This document shows positions 38,747-48,060 of a stretch of DNA of 64,000 nt, in pieces. Source of the stretch: Candidatus Latescibacterota bacterium (GTDB lineage Bacteria; Latescibacterota; UBA2968); assembly GCA_965204745.1 (NCBI GenBank), contig OZ242010.1, forward strand, positions 2,464,001 through 2,528,000, written 5' to 3'. A program made the translations under genes and the position numbers. Positions within the stretch are counted from its first letter, which is position 1. Each line of letters opens with the position of its first letter. Below the pieces are notes generated by a model that worked only from the letters and a program-made list of their open reading frames with translations, did no database searches and was not told the DNA's origin.

Positions 38747-39035
38747 TCACCGAACGATTGATGACATACCGCGAGAACGCGGTGAGTTTCCGAGTTTGAA
38801 CATGATCAGCGTGCCGAGGGTCAACAAGGTCGTGATCTGGATTTCCAATAATCCAACACAAAGCCGTAAAAAGTCGGCTGTTGATTTCTCGAAAGCCGCT
38901 GTCGATGCGTGTCGACAATTCGCGCTGACCTCGTGCTAGATTGGTCAACCGATGGCCGATCTGTTCAATGACGCCTTCGTGCCTGCTCGTGCGGGCGTCC
39001 AATTCAGCACATCTGCTCCCTGTGGGCGGCAACAT
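38747..39035 (-). pseudogene. Frameshifted small coiled-coil + C-terminal TM protein (DUF1640-like)
   Basis: RBS AAGGAG; removing one base at ~38843 gives WIIGIQITTLLTLGTLIMFKLG. Confidence 0.5.
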
Positions 39036-39325
39036 TTGTTCTTCTCCTTGTGGTGAATGGTGAGTTAAAACGGCACGTCTTGCCGAGGTCATGACAAACA
39101 TACTCAATTATCTCAAAATTTTCAAGTACTGATAACTCGTTTTGCCGACCACTGATAGCTGCTCTCGCCCGATTTGAAACATTGCTTTGCGTGCCGAATC
39201 CGTTATATTTGATAGCGCATAAGCGGGCAAAACGCAAGCATGCATTGTCGTCGAGTTGTTGCGCTGGGCAGAGGCGATAACATCTATTTGGATCGGTGGA
39301 TCGAATTTGGCATAGGGTTTGAAAT

Positions 39326-40681
39326 ATGGATGCTTACGATGCGTGGTTTCAGTGTTTTCGCGGGTGTGCGGGTCGCTATCCGTTGACCGAGGTGATTTAC
39401 ACCTGCCCGACGTGTGGGGGGTTGCTCGAGGTGGCGCATGATATGGCGGTGCTCAAGCGCGAATCGGGTGCGTATTGGCGGGCCTTGTTCGACAGGCGGT
39501 ATATGCGAACCGAGTGGCCTTATGGCAGTTCGGTGTGGGGGAAGAAGGAATTGGTCTGCCCGGTGGTTCACGAAAACAATGTGGTGTCGATGTACGAAGG
39601 GGGCAGCAATTTGTTTTGGGCCGAGCGTCTGGGCCGGGAAATTGGGGTCGATGATTTGTGGGTCAAGCAATGCGGCAACAGCCATACCGGGTCGTTCAAG
39701 GATTTGGGCATGACCGTGTTGGTGTCGATGGTGAAGCAGATGCAGTTCGAGGGCGTGCATATCCCGGCGGTTGCGTGTGCATCCACCGGGGACACGTCTG
39801 CGGCACTGGCTGCGTATTGCGCGGCAGCGGGGATCCAAGCGGTGGTGTTTTTGCCGAGGGACAAAATCTCGACCGCGCAACTCTTGCAACCCTTGGCCAA
39901 TGGCGCGCTGGTGCTGAGTTTGGAAACGGACTTTGACGGGTGCATGAAACTCGTGCAGGAGATTTGCCATGAGGAACACATCTATCTCGCCAACTCGATC
40001 AATTCCCTGCGCGTGGAGGGGCAAAAGACGATCAGCATTGAATTGGTGCAACAATTCGATTGGGAAGTGCCGGATTGGATCGTGATCCCGGGCGGGAACT
40101 TGGGCAATGTGAGCGCGCTCGGCAAAGGGTTTCTCGAAATGCAGGCACTGGGGATCATCGACCGGTTGCCGCGCATCGCTGTGGCCCAAGCCCACAGGGC
40201 CAACCCGCTCTATCGCAGTTTTGAAAAGAACTTTGACGATTTTGAACCCATTCGCGCCCAGCCCACCTTGGCCAGCGCGATCCAAATCGGCAACCCGGTC
40301 AGCAGGGAAAAGGCGACGCAAACGCTCAAATTATTCGGCGGGGTCGTCGAGGAAGCCAGCGAGCAGGAATTGGCGGATGCAGCGGCGCGCGCGGATCGCA
40401 CGGGGTTGTTTGCGTGCCCACACACGGGCGTCGCGTTTGCGGCATTGTTCAAGTTGATCGACAAGGGCGTCATTCAAAAGGATGACCGGGTGATCGCGAT
40501 TTCGACCGCGCACGGCTTGAAATTCAACGAATTCAAACTCGGGTACCACCGCGATGAGTTGCAGAACTGGCGCGTCAACCCGCGCTATGACAATGCGCCG
40601 GTCGCGTTGCCGCCCGACGCGGATGCGGTCAAACGGGCGATTTTAGAGCGGGTGGAAGCCGACGAAAAGTTGACAGGATAA
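39326..40681 (+). CDS. thrC: Threonine synthase
   Basis: [40 protein letters not shown] and STAHGLKF. Confidence 0.95.
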   Translation: MDAYDAWFQCFRGCAGRYPLTEVIYTCPTCGGLLEVAHDMAVLKRESGAYWRALFDRRYMRTEWPYGSSVWGKKELVCPVVHENNVVSMYEGGSNLFWAERLGREIGVDDLWVKQCGNSHTGSFKDLGMTVLVSMVKQMQFEGVHIPAVACASTGDTSAALAAYCAAAGIQAVVFLPRDKISTAQLLQPLANGALVLSLETDFDGCMKLVQEICHEEHIYLANSINSLRVEGQKTISIELVQQFDWEVPDWIVIPGGNLGNVSALGKGFLEMQALGIIDRLPRIAVAQAHRANPLYRSFEKNFDDFEPIRAQPTLASAIQIGNPVSREKATQTLKLFGGVVEEASEQELADAAARADRTGLFACPHTGVAFAALFKLIDKGVIQKDDRVIAISTAHGLKFNEFKLGYHRDELQNWRVNPRYDNAPVALPPDADAVKRAILERVEADEKLTG

Positions 40682-40713
40682 GGGGTTTTGGTTACATTGT
40701 GAACGCAACAAAA

Positions 40714-40764
40714 TGGTGGTGATTTGCGGCATATTGCAGCCACTTTAAACAAGTCGCTAAAAAG
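40714..40764 (+). ncRNA. SAM-II (SAM-alpha) riboswitch
   Basis: GTGGTGATTTG..TTGCAGCCAC..TAAACAAGTCGCTAAA matches the SAM-II H-type pseudoknot consensus; upstream of a methionine biosynthesis gene. Confidence 0.85.
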
Positions 40765-40776
40765 TCAATCCAAATT

Positions 40777-40839
40777 CCGGGCTTTTTGGCCCGGTTTTTT
40801 TGCGTACAGCGCGGGGCTTTTTGTGGCTCCGCTTTTTTT
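40777..40839 (+). terminator. Two terminator-like hairpins between the riboswitch and metB
   Basis: CCGGGC-loop-GCCCGG-T7 (40777-40801) and GCGGGGC-loop-GCTCCGC-T7 (40811-40839). Confidence 0.65.
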
Positions 40840-40850
40840 GGAGATGGCGC

Positions 40851-42044
40851 ATGGTGGAAAAGCGCGACAGGTATGCGCCCTGTTCGGGCACGCGGGCCGT
40901 TCACGCAGGGGAAGACTGCGACCACTGGGGACAGGCGTTGACCGTGCCCATCGCCCAAACATCGACCTATGTTTTTCGGGACTCAGGGGCCGTAAAGGCG
41001 TTTGTGGCCGGCGAGAACCGGCAGATCGACTACGGGCGTTACGGCAACCCCACGCAACATGTAGCGGAATGCAAACTCGCGGAATTGGAAGGCGCCGAGG
41101 CCGGGATCTTGTTTGCATCGGGCATGAGCGCGGTGACGACCACCTTGTTGGGCATGTTGTCGAGCGGGCAACATGCGGTGATCATGGACGACTGCTATCG
41201 CAAGACCGCGCAGTTCTGCGAGATGGTGTTGCGAAAATTTCGCATTGAAACGACATTTGTTCACGCGGGGGATTGCGCTGCAGTGGAAGGGGCCATTCGG
41301 AAGGAAACGCGGGTGATCATTTCCGAATCGCCGACCAACCCGCACCTCAATGTGATCGATTTGGAAAAGCTGGTGCAAATCGCAAAAAACCATCGGGTCA
41401 AGACGATCATCGACAGCACCTTTGCCACGCCGTTCAACCAGCGTCCGCTCGAATTTGGCGTGGACTTGGTCATCCATTCGGCGACCAAATACTTGGGCGG
41501 GCACAATGATTTGATGGCCGGCATCGTGCTCGGCAGCGCGCCATTGGTCGGTGCGATAAGGGATTATCGAGGCATTTTGGGCGGGGTGATCGACCCGCAT
41601 TGCGCGTATTTGCTGATCCGAGGGATCAAGACCTTTCCGCTGCGGATGGGCAGGCAAAACGAGACCGCGTTGCGGTTGGCGCGGTTTTTGGAACGACACG
41701 CACGGGTCAAGCGCGTGTATTATCCCGGCTTGGAGAGCCACCCGCACTACGATGTGGCCCAAGCGCAGATGCGCGGGTTTGGCGGGTTGGTGAGTTTTGA
41801 TTTGGACGCGGATGAGGCCGGCACGTTATCTTTTATCGACCGCTTGCAAATCCCGCGGATCGGCGCGAGCCTCGGCGGCGTGGAGAGCTTGGTGTCGCAT
41901 CCGGCGTCGATTTCGTATTACGAGTTGGCACGCGAAGACCGATTGGCGATTGGCATTGCGGACGAGTTGGTGCGCTATGCGGTGGGGATTGAAGATGCCG
42001 AGGATATTATACGCGATGTGGGGCAGGCACTCGACGCGGTTTGA
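40851..42044 (+). CDS. metB: Cystathionine gamma-synthase (Cys/Met PLP enzyme)
   Basis: YGRYGNPT, FASGMSA, ESPTNP, DSTFATP, HSATKYLGGHND and SLGGVESL. Confidence 0.85.
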   Translation: MVEKRDRYAPCSGTRAVHAGEDCDHWGQALTVPIAQTSTYVFRDSGAVKAFVAGENRQIDYGRYGNPTQHVAECKLAELEGAEAGILFASGMSAVTTTLLGMLSSGQHAVIMDDCYRKTAQFCEMVLRKFRIETTFVHAGDCAAVEGAIRKETRVIISESPTNPHLNVIDLEKLVQIAKNHRVKTIIDSTFATPFNQRPLEFGVDLVIHSATKYLGGHNDLMAGIVLGSAPLVGAIRDYRGILGGVIDPHCAYLLIRGIKTFPLRMGRQNETALRLARFLERHARVKRVYYPGLESHPHYDVAQAQMRGFGGLVSFDLDADEAGTLSFIDRLQIPRIGASLGGVESLVSHPASISYYELAREDRLAIGIADELVRYAVGIEDAEDIIRDVGQALDAV

Positions 42045-42062
42045 TGATAGCCACAAAAGGCA

Positions 42063-42097
42063 CGAGCGGGGTACAACTGGGCGACAGCCAGTTCAAA
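42063..42097 (+). repeat. Short dispersed hairpin element, copy 2
   Basis: CGAGCGGGGTAC AACTGG-GCGACAG-CCAGTT CAAA. Confidence 0.8.
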
Positions 42098-42135
42098 GGC
42101 ACAAAAGGCAAATTGGATGTGCTTCTAATTTTTCA

Positions 42136-42194
42136 AATCCGTTTCTCGGTACTGGGCTCCGGCGTTGGTTACGCTTGCGCGTGCGGCGGGGTAA
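42136..42194 (+). repeat. 59-bp direct repeat, copy 1
   Basis: 54/59 identical to 42637-42695. Confidence 0.85.
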
Positions 42195-42455
42195 TACCAA
42201 ATTGAATTGCTATTGTCCTGATGTGATGCGATCTGCTACTGGTCCCTGATCCTCTTGAGGTTACACAGTCATTTAGAGAAGCCATGGCAACCATGCCATC
42301 GCAAACGACCATCAGCTAAAGCCATCACGCACAGCGCGCAAGTCCGTCTCGCAACCAACATCCATGATGCAACCCACTTTACAGGCTGGCGCATATTGTG
42401 CTGTTACAAAAGCGCTTTGCGCTGTGCAAGCCCCTCGGCGTTTGAGAGCGGCATT

Positions 42456-42487
42456 TTTGAACTGCTAGGGCAGTTGTACCCCGCTCG
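42456..42487 (-). repeat. Short dispersed hairpin element, copy 3
   Basis: Reverse complement reads CGAGCGGGGTAC AACTGC-CCTA-GCAGTT CAAA. Confidence 0.8.
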
Positions 42488-42560
42488 CTTACTTTTTTTT
42501 GCTGTTGAAAAAAAGTAAGTCGCCGAAGGCATCGGAGGCAACCAACGAGGTTGTAGGACT

Positions 42561-42637
42561 AAACGCCTTAAATGAGCAAGCAACACATTTGCTAATCTGT
42601 GCCTAACGTCAAAAAAATAAAATGTCAACACGACCTA
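42561..42637 (-). repeat. About 76-bp dispersed repeat, copy 2
   Basis: Reverse complement of 32181-32256. Confidence 0.85.
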
Positions 42638-42695
42638 ATCCGTTTCTCGATCCTGGACTCCGGCGTTGGTTACGCTTGTGCGTGCGGCGGAGTAA
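42637..42695 (+). repeat. 59-bp direct repeat, copy 2
   Basis: See 42136-42194. Confidence 0.85.
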
Positions 42696-42717
42696 GCAAG
42701 TTTTTTGAAAGGCCACT

Positions 42718-43440
42718 ATGTTTGGCATTCTTTTGATTCACGCGATTCGCAACCTGTTTCAGACGCCGCGCTGGTGGTGGGCGATGATTCCCGGGGGTGC
42801 GTTGAATATGTTGTTCGCGCAGGTCTTAATGCTGATTTTTGATGAGGAAATTGAACTTGAGGCATGGGCCGTGTTGTTCTTGGGAAGCCTTGGATTGTCG
42901 GTCATCGCTTGGGGGTATGTGTATCGGATTTTTGTCGACGCGCTCAACGGGGCAGAGTCGCTGGTCTTGCCCTCGTGGCGCGATTGGTGGACGTATTGGC
43001 TGGCGGGATTCTATTTGCTCCCCATTGCGATGGGCTACTCGGTGATCGTCATCGCTTGGCTTTCGATGATGATTTCGATATTGGGCTTGAAGATGGCGGT
43101 GATTCCGCTGCTGCTCACGCTGATCTTTTACAATGGGTTTCTCCCTATCGCGTTTGCGCGATTTGCCGCAAAGGGGCGCGTGTGGATGGCGTTTGAGCCG
43201 GGGCCGATTTGGCAGGACATCCGCAGAATTGTGCGCGGCGACTACGTGCAGACGTGTTTTGGACTGTTTGGCTTTTCGATCCTCGGCAATATGATATTGA
43301 GCTATTTGCCGTGGGGAGGCTTGGCATTGGCCTCGACGTATAATTTTGTGCTCATGGTGATTTTTGCGCGGATTTTCGGCTCGCTGATTCGCAACGCGCT
43401 CAGAGAGGACGCGCCGCGTTCAATCGACAGGTGGCAATAA
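42718..43440 (+). CDS. DUF4013-like membrane protein
   Basis: Multi-TM; WGYVYRI..LPSWRDW and PIAFARFA..AF patterns. Confidence 0.65.
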   Translation: MFGILLIHAIRNLFQTPRWWWAMIPGGALNMLFAQVLMLIFDEEIELEAWAVLFLGSLGLSVIAWGYVYRIFVDALNGAESLVLPSWRDWWTYWLAGFYLLPIAMGYSVIVIAWLSMMISILGLKMAVIPLLLTLIFYNGFLPIAFARFAAKGRVWMAFEPGPIWQDIRRIVRGDYVQTCFGLFGFSILGNMILSYLPWGGLALASTYNFVLMVIFARIFGSLIRNALREDAPRSIDRWQ

Positions 43441-43473
43441 AAAAGCCGGACATTCCCATGGGGAACGCCCGGC
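43438..43473 (-). terminator. Intrinsic terminator between convergent genes
   Basis: GCCGG..TTCCC-AT-GGGAA..CCGGC stem with an A-run on + (U-tail on -). Confidence 0.55.
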
Positions 43474-43494
43474 GGTTGGCTGTGCGAGATGCGG

Positions 43495-44409
43495 TTAGAC
43501 CTGCGCCCAGGCCAGATCGAGCACGCGCTTGGCATTGGCGATAATGACTTCTGGCGATTCCCCCTCCATTGGGGAAACCTCGAAACTCAAGATGGGGCGT
43601 TTATCGGGGTCGAGATAGCCGATGTTGTGCAACTCGCGGAGAAATTCCACGACTTCGGGCACGTCATTTTCCCCGTCTTTGCAGCCAAAGCGCGGGTGAT
43701 TGTCGCCATAAGCCGGGTGATCGGGGTTGGACATCACGCAGTTGCCGACGTGCATGTGGACGATGTGATCGCGCGCGAGGTTGAGGGCGTAAACCGCGTC
43801 TTCGCCCTGCAAGGGGAAATGGCTCAAATCGAGCATCAGCCCGAAATTGGGATATTGCCGCCGGAGGCACTGCGAGACTTCGACCGCGAGGGCGTTGGGG
43901 CCAATGATGCAATTTTTGCCATAAGGCACGCGGTCAAATGTTTCGAGGACGATATCCATCCCCTTTTCGCCTGCGTAATCGCAGAGTTGGCTCAAAGAAT
44001 CGATCAGCAACTCGAGGCCTTCTTCGCGGGCCTCGTCCCCGGGGTCGGCGCCGGACAGCAGGGCGCATCCGGGCGCGCCGAGTTCTTCGGCTTGGTCGAT
44101 ACCCGCTTTGACCGCGTCGACCGCGCTTTGGCGATGTGCCGCAGCCGGCGAGTTGATGTTGAGTTGGTTGACCAGCAAAATGGGTTGCGCGCCAAATGCC
44201 ACGTCCATGTGGGCCGCGGCGAGCAGATCGCGTGCCTGCGCCCGCACTTGCGGATCTTTCATGTGCGTGACTTCCACGACTTGGAAATAGGGATCGGTGG
44301 CGATTTTTTCCAGGGTTTCGACAATGGGGCCTTCGCCGCCAATACAGGCTTTGTAGGCCATGAAGTGAACGATGCCAATGCGCGCGTAGTGTTGAATGGG
44401 GTCGGTCAT
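43495..44409 (-). CDS. Sugar phosphate isomerase/epimerase (TIM barrel)
   Basis: VLETFD, MLDLSHFP, HMHVGN, GDNHPRFG and SFEV; RBS AAGGAG. Confidence 0.8.
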   Translation of the reverse strand: MTDPIQHYARIGIVHFMAYKACIGGEGPIVETLEKIATDPYFQVVEVTHMKDPQVRAQARDLLAAAHMDVAFGAQPILLVNQLNINSPAAAHRQSAVDAVKAGIDQAEELGAPGCALLSGADPGDEAREEGLELLIDSLSQLCDYAGEKGMDIVLETFDRVPYGKNCIIGPNALAVEVSQCLRRQYPNFGLMLDLSHFPLQGEDAVYALNLARDHIVHMHVGNCVMSNPDHPAYGDNHPRFGCKDGENDVPEVVEFLRELHNIGYLDPDKRPILSFEVSPMEGESPEVIIANAKRVLDLAWAQV

Positions 44410-44465
44410 TGCGGCGGGTGCTCCTTTCGTATCGGAGGGATGGGAACTGCGAAAATTGGACTCGG

Positions 44466-44494
44466 AAAATAGCAAAGGCGGGCGGGTTTGTCAA
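44466..44494 (-). promoter_or_regulatory. Sigma70-type promoter for the isomerase
   Basis: Minus strand TTGACA-17 bp-TATTTT with TGn extension. Confidence 0.6.
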
Positions 44495-44514
44495 GGTATT
44501 GCGCGATTTTGGCC

Positions 44515-44543
44515 TTGACTATCTGTATCCCTTCTGGTATTTT
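44515..44543 (+). promoter_or_regulatory. Sigma70-type promoter for tRNA-Tyr
   Basis: TTGACT-17 bp-TATTTT with TGn extension. Confidence 0.6.
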
Positions 44544-44559
44544 TTACGCCCGATAGGTT

Positions 44560-44645
44560 GGGGGGTTACCAAAGCGGTCAACTGGGGCAGACTGTAAATC
44601 TGTTGGCTCATGCCTTCGGTGGTTCGAATCCGCCACCCCCCACCA
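44560..44645 (+). tRNA. tRNA-Tyr(GTA)
   Basis: GGGGGGT/ACCCCCC acceptor stem, CTGTAAA loop, long variable arm, GGTTCGAATCC, CCA. Confidence 0.96.
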
Positions 44646-44689
44646 TCACTTTCCACAAGGGGCGGCGCGTCCTGCGTTGCAAAATTCTC

Positions 44690-44718
44690 TTGACCTTAGA
44701 CCACCTTTTTCCTATCTT
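44690..44718 (+). promoter_or_regulatory. Second sigma70-type promoter before tRNA-Gly
   Basis: TTGACC-17 bp-TATCTT. Confidence 0.5.
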
Positions 44719-44796
44719 CCCAATTCTCAAAAATTCCCTTTGGGCAAAACAGACCCCTTTTTCAGAAAAAGGGTTGTTTTTTATGTAATTAGTCGA

Positions 44797-44873
44797 GCGG
44801 GAATAGCTCAGTTGGCCAGAGCGTCAGCCTTCCAAGCTGAGGGTCGCGGGTTCGAGTCCCGTTTCCCGCTCCA
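44797..44873 (+). tRNA. tRNA-Gly(TCC)
   Basis: GCGGGAA..CTTCCAA..GGTTCGAGTCC..TTCCCGCTCCA. Confidence 0.96.
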
Positions 44874-44895
44874 ACCATCCCGCGAGGAGTTCAAC

Positions 44896-44971
<76 letters not shown>

Positions 44972-44981
44972 TTTTTTGGGT

Positions 44982-45057
44982 AGGCTAGTAGCTCAACTGG
45001 TAGAGCGTCGGTCTCCAAAACCGGTGGTTGCGGGTTCAAGTCCTGCCTAGCCTGCCA
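44982..45057 (+). tRNA. tRNA-Trp(CCA)
   Basis: AGGCTAG..CTCCAAA..GGTTCAAGTCC..CTAGCCTGCCA. Confidence 0.96.
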
Positions 45058-45070
45058 TTTTTATGCGATT

Positions 45071-45256
45071 ATGTTCAGCAAAATCAGTCAATTTATCGGC
45101 GACGTGCGCGTTGAGATGGGCAAGGTCACTTGGCCGACGCGCGAAGAACTCAAAACATCGACCGCCATTGTACTCGCGCTGTCGTTAGCACTGGCTGTGT
45201 TCATTTATATCGTCGACACTTTCTTGGCCGGCATCATGGAGTTCATCCTGATTTAG
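45071..45256 (+). CDS. secE: Preprotein translocase subunit SecE
   Basis: EMGKVTWPTREE + TM helix; synteny. Confidence 0.95.
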   Translation: MFSKISQFIGDVRVEMGKVTWPTREELKTSTAIVLALSLALAVFIYIVDTFLAGIMEFILI

Positions 45257-45284
45257 CGGGATTTTTTGCGGAGATCGTTACCCG

Positions 45285-45821
45285 ATGAAATGGTATGTGG
45301 TCCACACCTATTCTGGGCACGAGAACAAGGTCAAGAGCTATATTGAGGCCGCCAAGGAAAACGTCGATGTCGGCGACAAAATCGGTCGGGTGATCGTGCC
45401 GACCGAGGAAGTGGTCGAGATGAAGGACGGGCGGAAAACGACCTCGCTCAAGAAGTTCTTGCCCAGCTATCTTTTGGTCGAACTCGATATGGACAAAGAG
45501 TCCCTCTATTTTGTGACCAGTGTGCCGGGGGTGACGAGCTTTGTGGGCCCGGGCCGCAGGCCACAGCCTTTGCGCGAAGAGGAAGTGAACCGCATTTTGG
45601 GGCAAATTGAGCGGCGCCCGGTCGAGGAAACCTCGGATGTGCCCTACCAAGTGGGCGACAGGGTCAAGGTGATCGACGGGCCGTTCAGCGATTTTATCGG
45701 GCTAGTCGATGATATCAATCCGGAAAAGAGCAAGATCAAGGTGATGGTGAGCATCTTCGGGCGCAATACGCCGGTGGAATTGGATGTGTTGCAAGTCGAA
45801 GAAGCGGTTGAAGCGCGATAA
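45285..45821 (+). CDS. nusG: Transcription termination/antitermination factor NusG
   Basis: KWYVVHTYSGHENKV; KOW motif VIDGPF..VSIFGR. Confidence 0.97.
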   Translation: MKWYVVHTYSGHENKVKSYIEAAKENVDVGDKIGRVIVPTEEVVEMKDGRKTTSLKKFLPSYLLVELDMDKESLYFVTSVPGVTSFVGPGRRPQPLREEEVNRILGQIERRPVEETSDVPYQVGDRVKVIDGPFSDFIGLVDDINPEKSKIKVMVSIFGRNTPVELDVLQVEEAVEAR

Positions 45822-45833
45822 CGAGAGGCGGCA

Positions 45834-46259
45834 ATGGCGAGAAAAATTCTCACGACAATCAAGTTGCAAATTCCCGCAGGACATGCCACGCCGACGCCCC
45901 CGGTCGGTCCGGCTTTGGGGCAGCACGGCGTGAATATCATGGAGTTTTGCAAGGCGTTTAACGCCCAAACGCAGGACAAACAGGGGTTGATCATTCCCGC
46001 GATTATTACGGTATATGCGGATCGGAGCTTTTCCTTTGAACTCAAAAGCCCGCCCGCGGCCGTGTTGCTCAAACGCGCGGCCGGGATCGCCAAAGGGTCG
46101 GCGGAGTCCAACCGCGACAAAGTCGGGTCCGTGACAGATGACCAACTTCGGGAAATTGCAGAGATGAAAGTTCAAGACCTCAACGCGGCCAGTGTAGATG
46201 CCGCCAAGCGCATGATTGCGGGCACGGCGCGCAGCATGGGCCTCACTGTTGAAAATTGA
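45834..46259 (+). CDS. rplK: 50S ribosomal protein L11
   Basis: [26 protein letters not shown]. Confidence 0.98.
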   Translation: MARKILTTIKLQIPAGHATPTPPVGPALGQHGVNIMEFCKAFNAQTQDKQGLIIPAIITVYADRSFSFELKSPPAAVLLKRAAGIAKGSAESNRDKVGSVTDDQLREIAEMKVQDLNAASVDAAKRMIAGTARSMGLTVEN

Positions 46260-46270
46260 CCGGAGGGAGT

Positions 46271-46972
46271 ATGGCACGGAAGCAATCCAAACGCTACAAA
46301 CAAGCGGCCGAGCTTTTCGACCGGCAAACGCATTACAACTTGGCCGAAGCGGTTGATATATTGAAGCAAATGCCCACGCGGAAATTCGACGAAACCGTCG
46401 AACTCGCGTTTCGCCTCGGCGTCGATCCCCGGCAGGCGGACCAACTCGTGCGCGGCACGGTCGTCTTGCCCCACGGCTTGGGAAAATCCGTGCGCGTTGC
46501 GGTTTTTGCCAAGGGCGAGGCCGCTACCGAGGCCGAAGCTGTGGGCGCGGATTTCGTGGGCGCGGAAGACCTCGTGGAGAGGATCAATGGCGGGTGGACG
46601 GATTTTGACGTGGCGATAGCCACGCCCGATATGATGGGGCAGGTCGGGCGGTTGGGGCGCATCCTCGGCCCGCGCGGGCTGATGCCCAATCCCAAGAGCG
46701 GCACGATGACGCCCGATGCCGCACGGGCGGTGCGCGAGGCCAAAGCGGGGCGCGTGGAGTATCGGGTCGATAGGACGGCCAATGTGCATACGCCGGTGGG
46801 CAAGGCGTCTTTCGACGCGCGACGTCTGCGGGAAAATGCACAGGCGTTGATCGATGCGATTGTGCGGGCGCGGCCATCTGCGGCAAAAGGGCAATACATG
46901 CGCTCGGTCACGCTATCGACCACGATGGGGCCGGGCATTCGCCTAGACCGCACGGCACTATCGGTCAATTGA
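46271..46972 (+). CDS. rplA: 50S ribosomal protein L1
   Basis: [29 protein letters not shown]. Confidence 0.98.
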   Translation: MARKQSKRYKQAAELFDRQTHYNLAEAVDILKQMPTRKFDETVELAFRLGVDPRQADQLVRGTVVLPHGLGKSVRVAVFAKGEAATEAEAVGADFVGAEDLVERINGGWTDFDVAIATPDMMGQVGRLGRILGPRGLMPNPKSGTMTPDAARAVREAKAGRVEYRVDRTANVHTPVGKASFDARRLRENAQALIDAIVRARPSAAKGQYMRSVTLSTTMGPGIRLDRTALSVN

Positions 46973-47047
46973 CGAGAGATGGACATTTAGGCGAACAGCG
47001 CGTAGGGGCGATGCCCCGTGCTCGCCAAAAATACGAGAGGTGCGGAG

Positions 47048-47581
47048 ATGCCAACTGCTGAAAAAGAGGCTGTTGTCGCGGAGTTGACAGATGTCTTAAA
47101 ACGGGCCAACGGGGTGTATTTGACCGATTTCACCGGGTTGGACGTGCCCGCGTTTACCCTGTTGCGGAAGCAACTCCGCGAAGAGTCGATTTCCTACCGG
47201 GTGATCAAAAATCGGTTGGGCAAATTGGCGATTCAACGCGCGGGGCTCGAGGGGCTCGACGAGGCGTTGCGCGGGCCTACGGGCTTGGTTTGCGCGGATG
47301 AAGACCCGGTCGCGCCGGCGCGCGTGTTGTCCAAATTCGCCGAAGAAGGCGATGGCAAGCCCGCGATTAAAGCCGGGTATGTCGATGGCGATATTTTTGT
47401 CGATGACCAAATCGAAAGGCTGGCCCAAATCCCGCCGCGCGATGTTCTGCTAGGGCAGATGGTTTCGGCCATGCAAAGTCCGATCAGTGGCCTCGCGTTC
47501 ACGCTGAATGGCATTTTGCAAAAACTCGTGGGCACATTGCAGGCCGTCGCAGAAAAGAAACAGGAAGGGGGCGGCGAATAG
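47048..47581 (+). CDS. rplJ: 50S ribosomal protein L10
   Basis: DFTGL, VIKNRL and GPT motifs; synteny. Confidence 0.95.
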   Translation: MPTAEKEAVVAELTDVLKRANGVYLTDFTGLDVPAFTLLRKQLREESISYRVIKNRLGKLAIQRAGLEGLDEALRGPTGLVCADEDPVAPARVLSKFAEEGDGKPAIKAGYVDGDIFVDDQIERLAQIPPRDVLLGQMVSAMQSPISGLAFTLNGILQKLVGTLQAVAEKKQEGGGE

Positions 47582-47624
47582 GCCGCTCGCAACAATCCCA
47601 ATTCATTGCTGGATGGAGGCGTTC

Positions 47625-47999
47625 ATGGCTGTTGATTCCATTATTGCGGAAATTGAAAAGCTCTCGGTGCTCGAGTTGGCCGAATTGGTCAAAGCACTCG
47701 AGGAGAAGTTTGGCGTGACAGCACAGGCCGCGGTCGTTGCCGCGCCCGGTGGTGGCGGGGGTGAAGCCGCGCCCGAAGTTGAAGAGCAGACCGAATTTGA
47801 CGTGATTTTGTCGTCTCCCGGCGACAAGAAAATCCAAGTGATCAAGGTCGTCCGCAGCATCACCTCGTTGGGCCTCAGAGAGGCCAAGGCCCTGGTGGAT
47901 GGGGCGCCCAATCCCGTCAAAGAAGGCGTGGAGAAGGACGAAGCCGAACAGATCAAGGCAGAACTGGAAGAAGCCGGTGCGGTGGTGGAACTCAAGTAG
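47625..47999 (+). CDS. rplL: 50S ribosomal protein L7/L12
   Basis: [33 protein letters not shown]. Confidence 0.97.
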   Translation: MAVDSIIAEIEKLSVLELAELVKALEEKFGVTAQAAVVAAPGGGGGEAAPEVEEQTEFDVILSSPGDKKIQVIKVVRSITSLGLREAKALVDGAPNPVKEGVEKDEAEQIKAELEEAGAVVELK

Positions 48000-48060
48000 G
48001 GTGTTTTGCAGCACGAATCCGTAACTGACCCTTAGCCTTCCAGCACAGGAGCGTGATCAC

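Noticed and set aside
39150-39181. ATTTGAAAC resembling a CRISPR repeat 3' end
   Set aside because: Single occurrence with no second repeat nearby
42136-42695. DGR template/variable repeat pair
   Set aside because: Mismatches are not confined to adenines of one copy, no reverse transcriptase is in the window, and neither copy lies in a clear target gene
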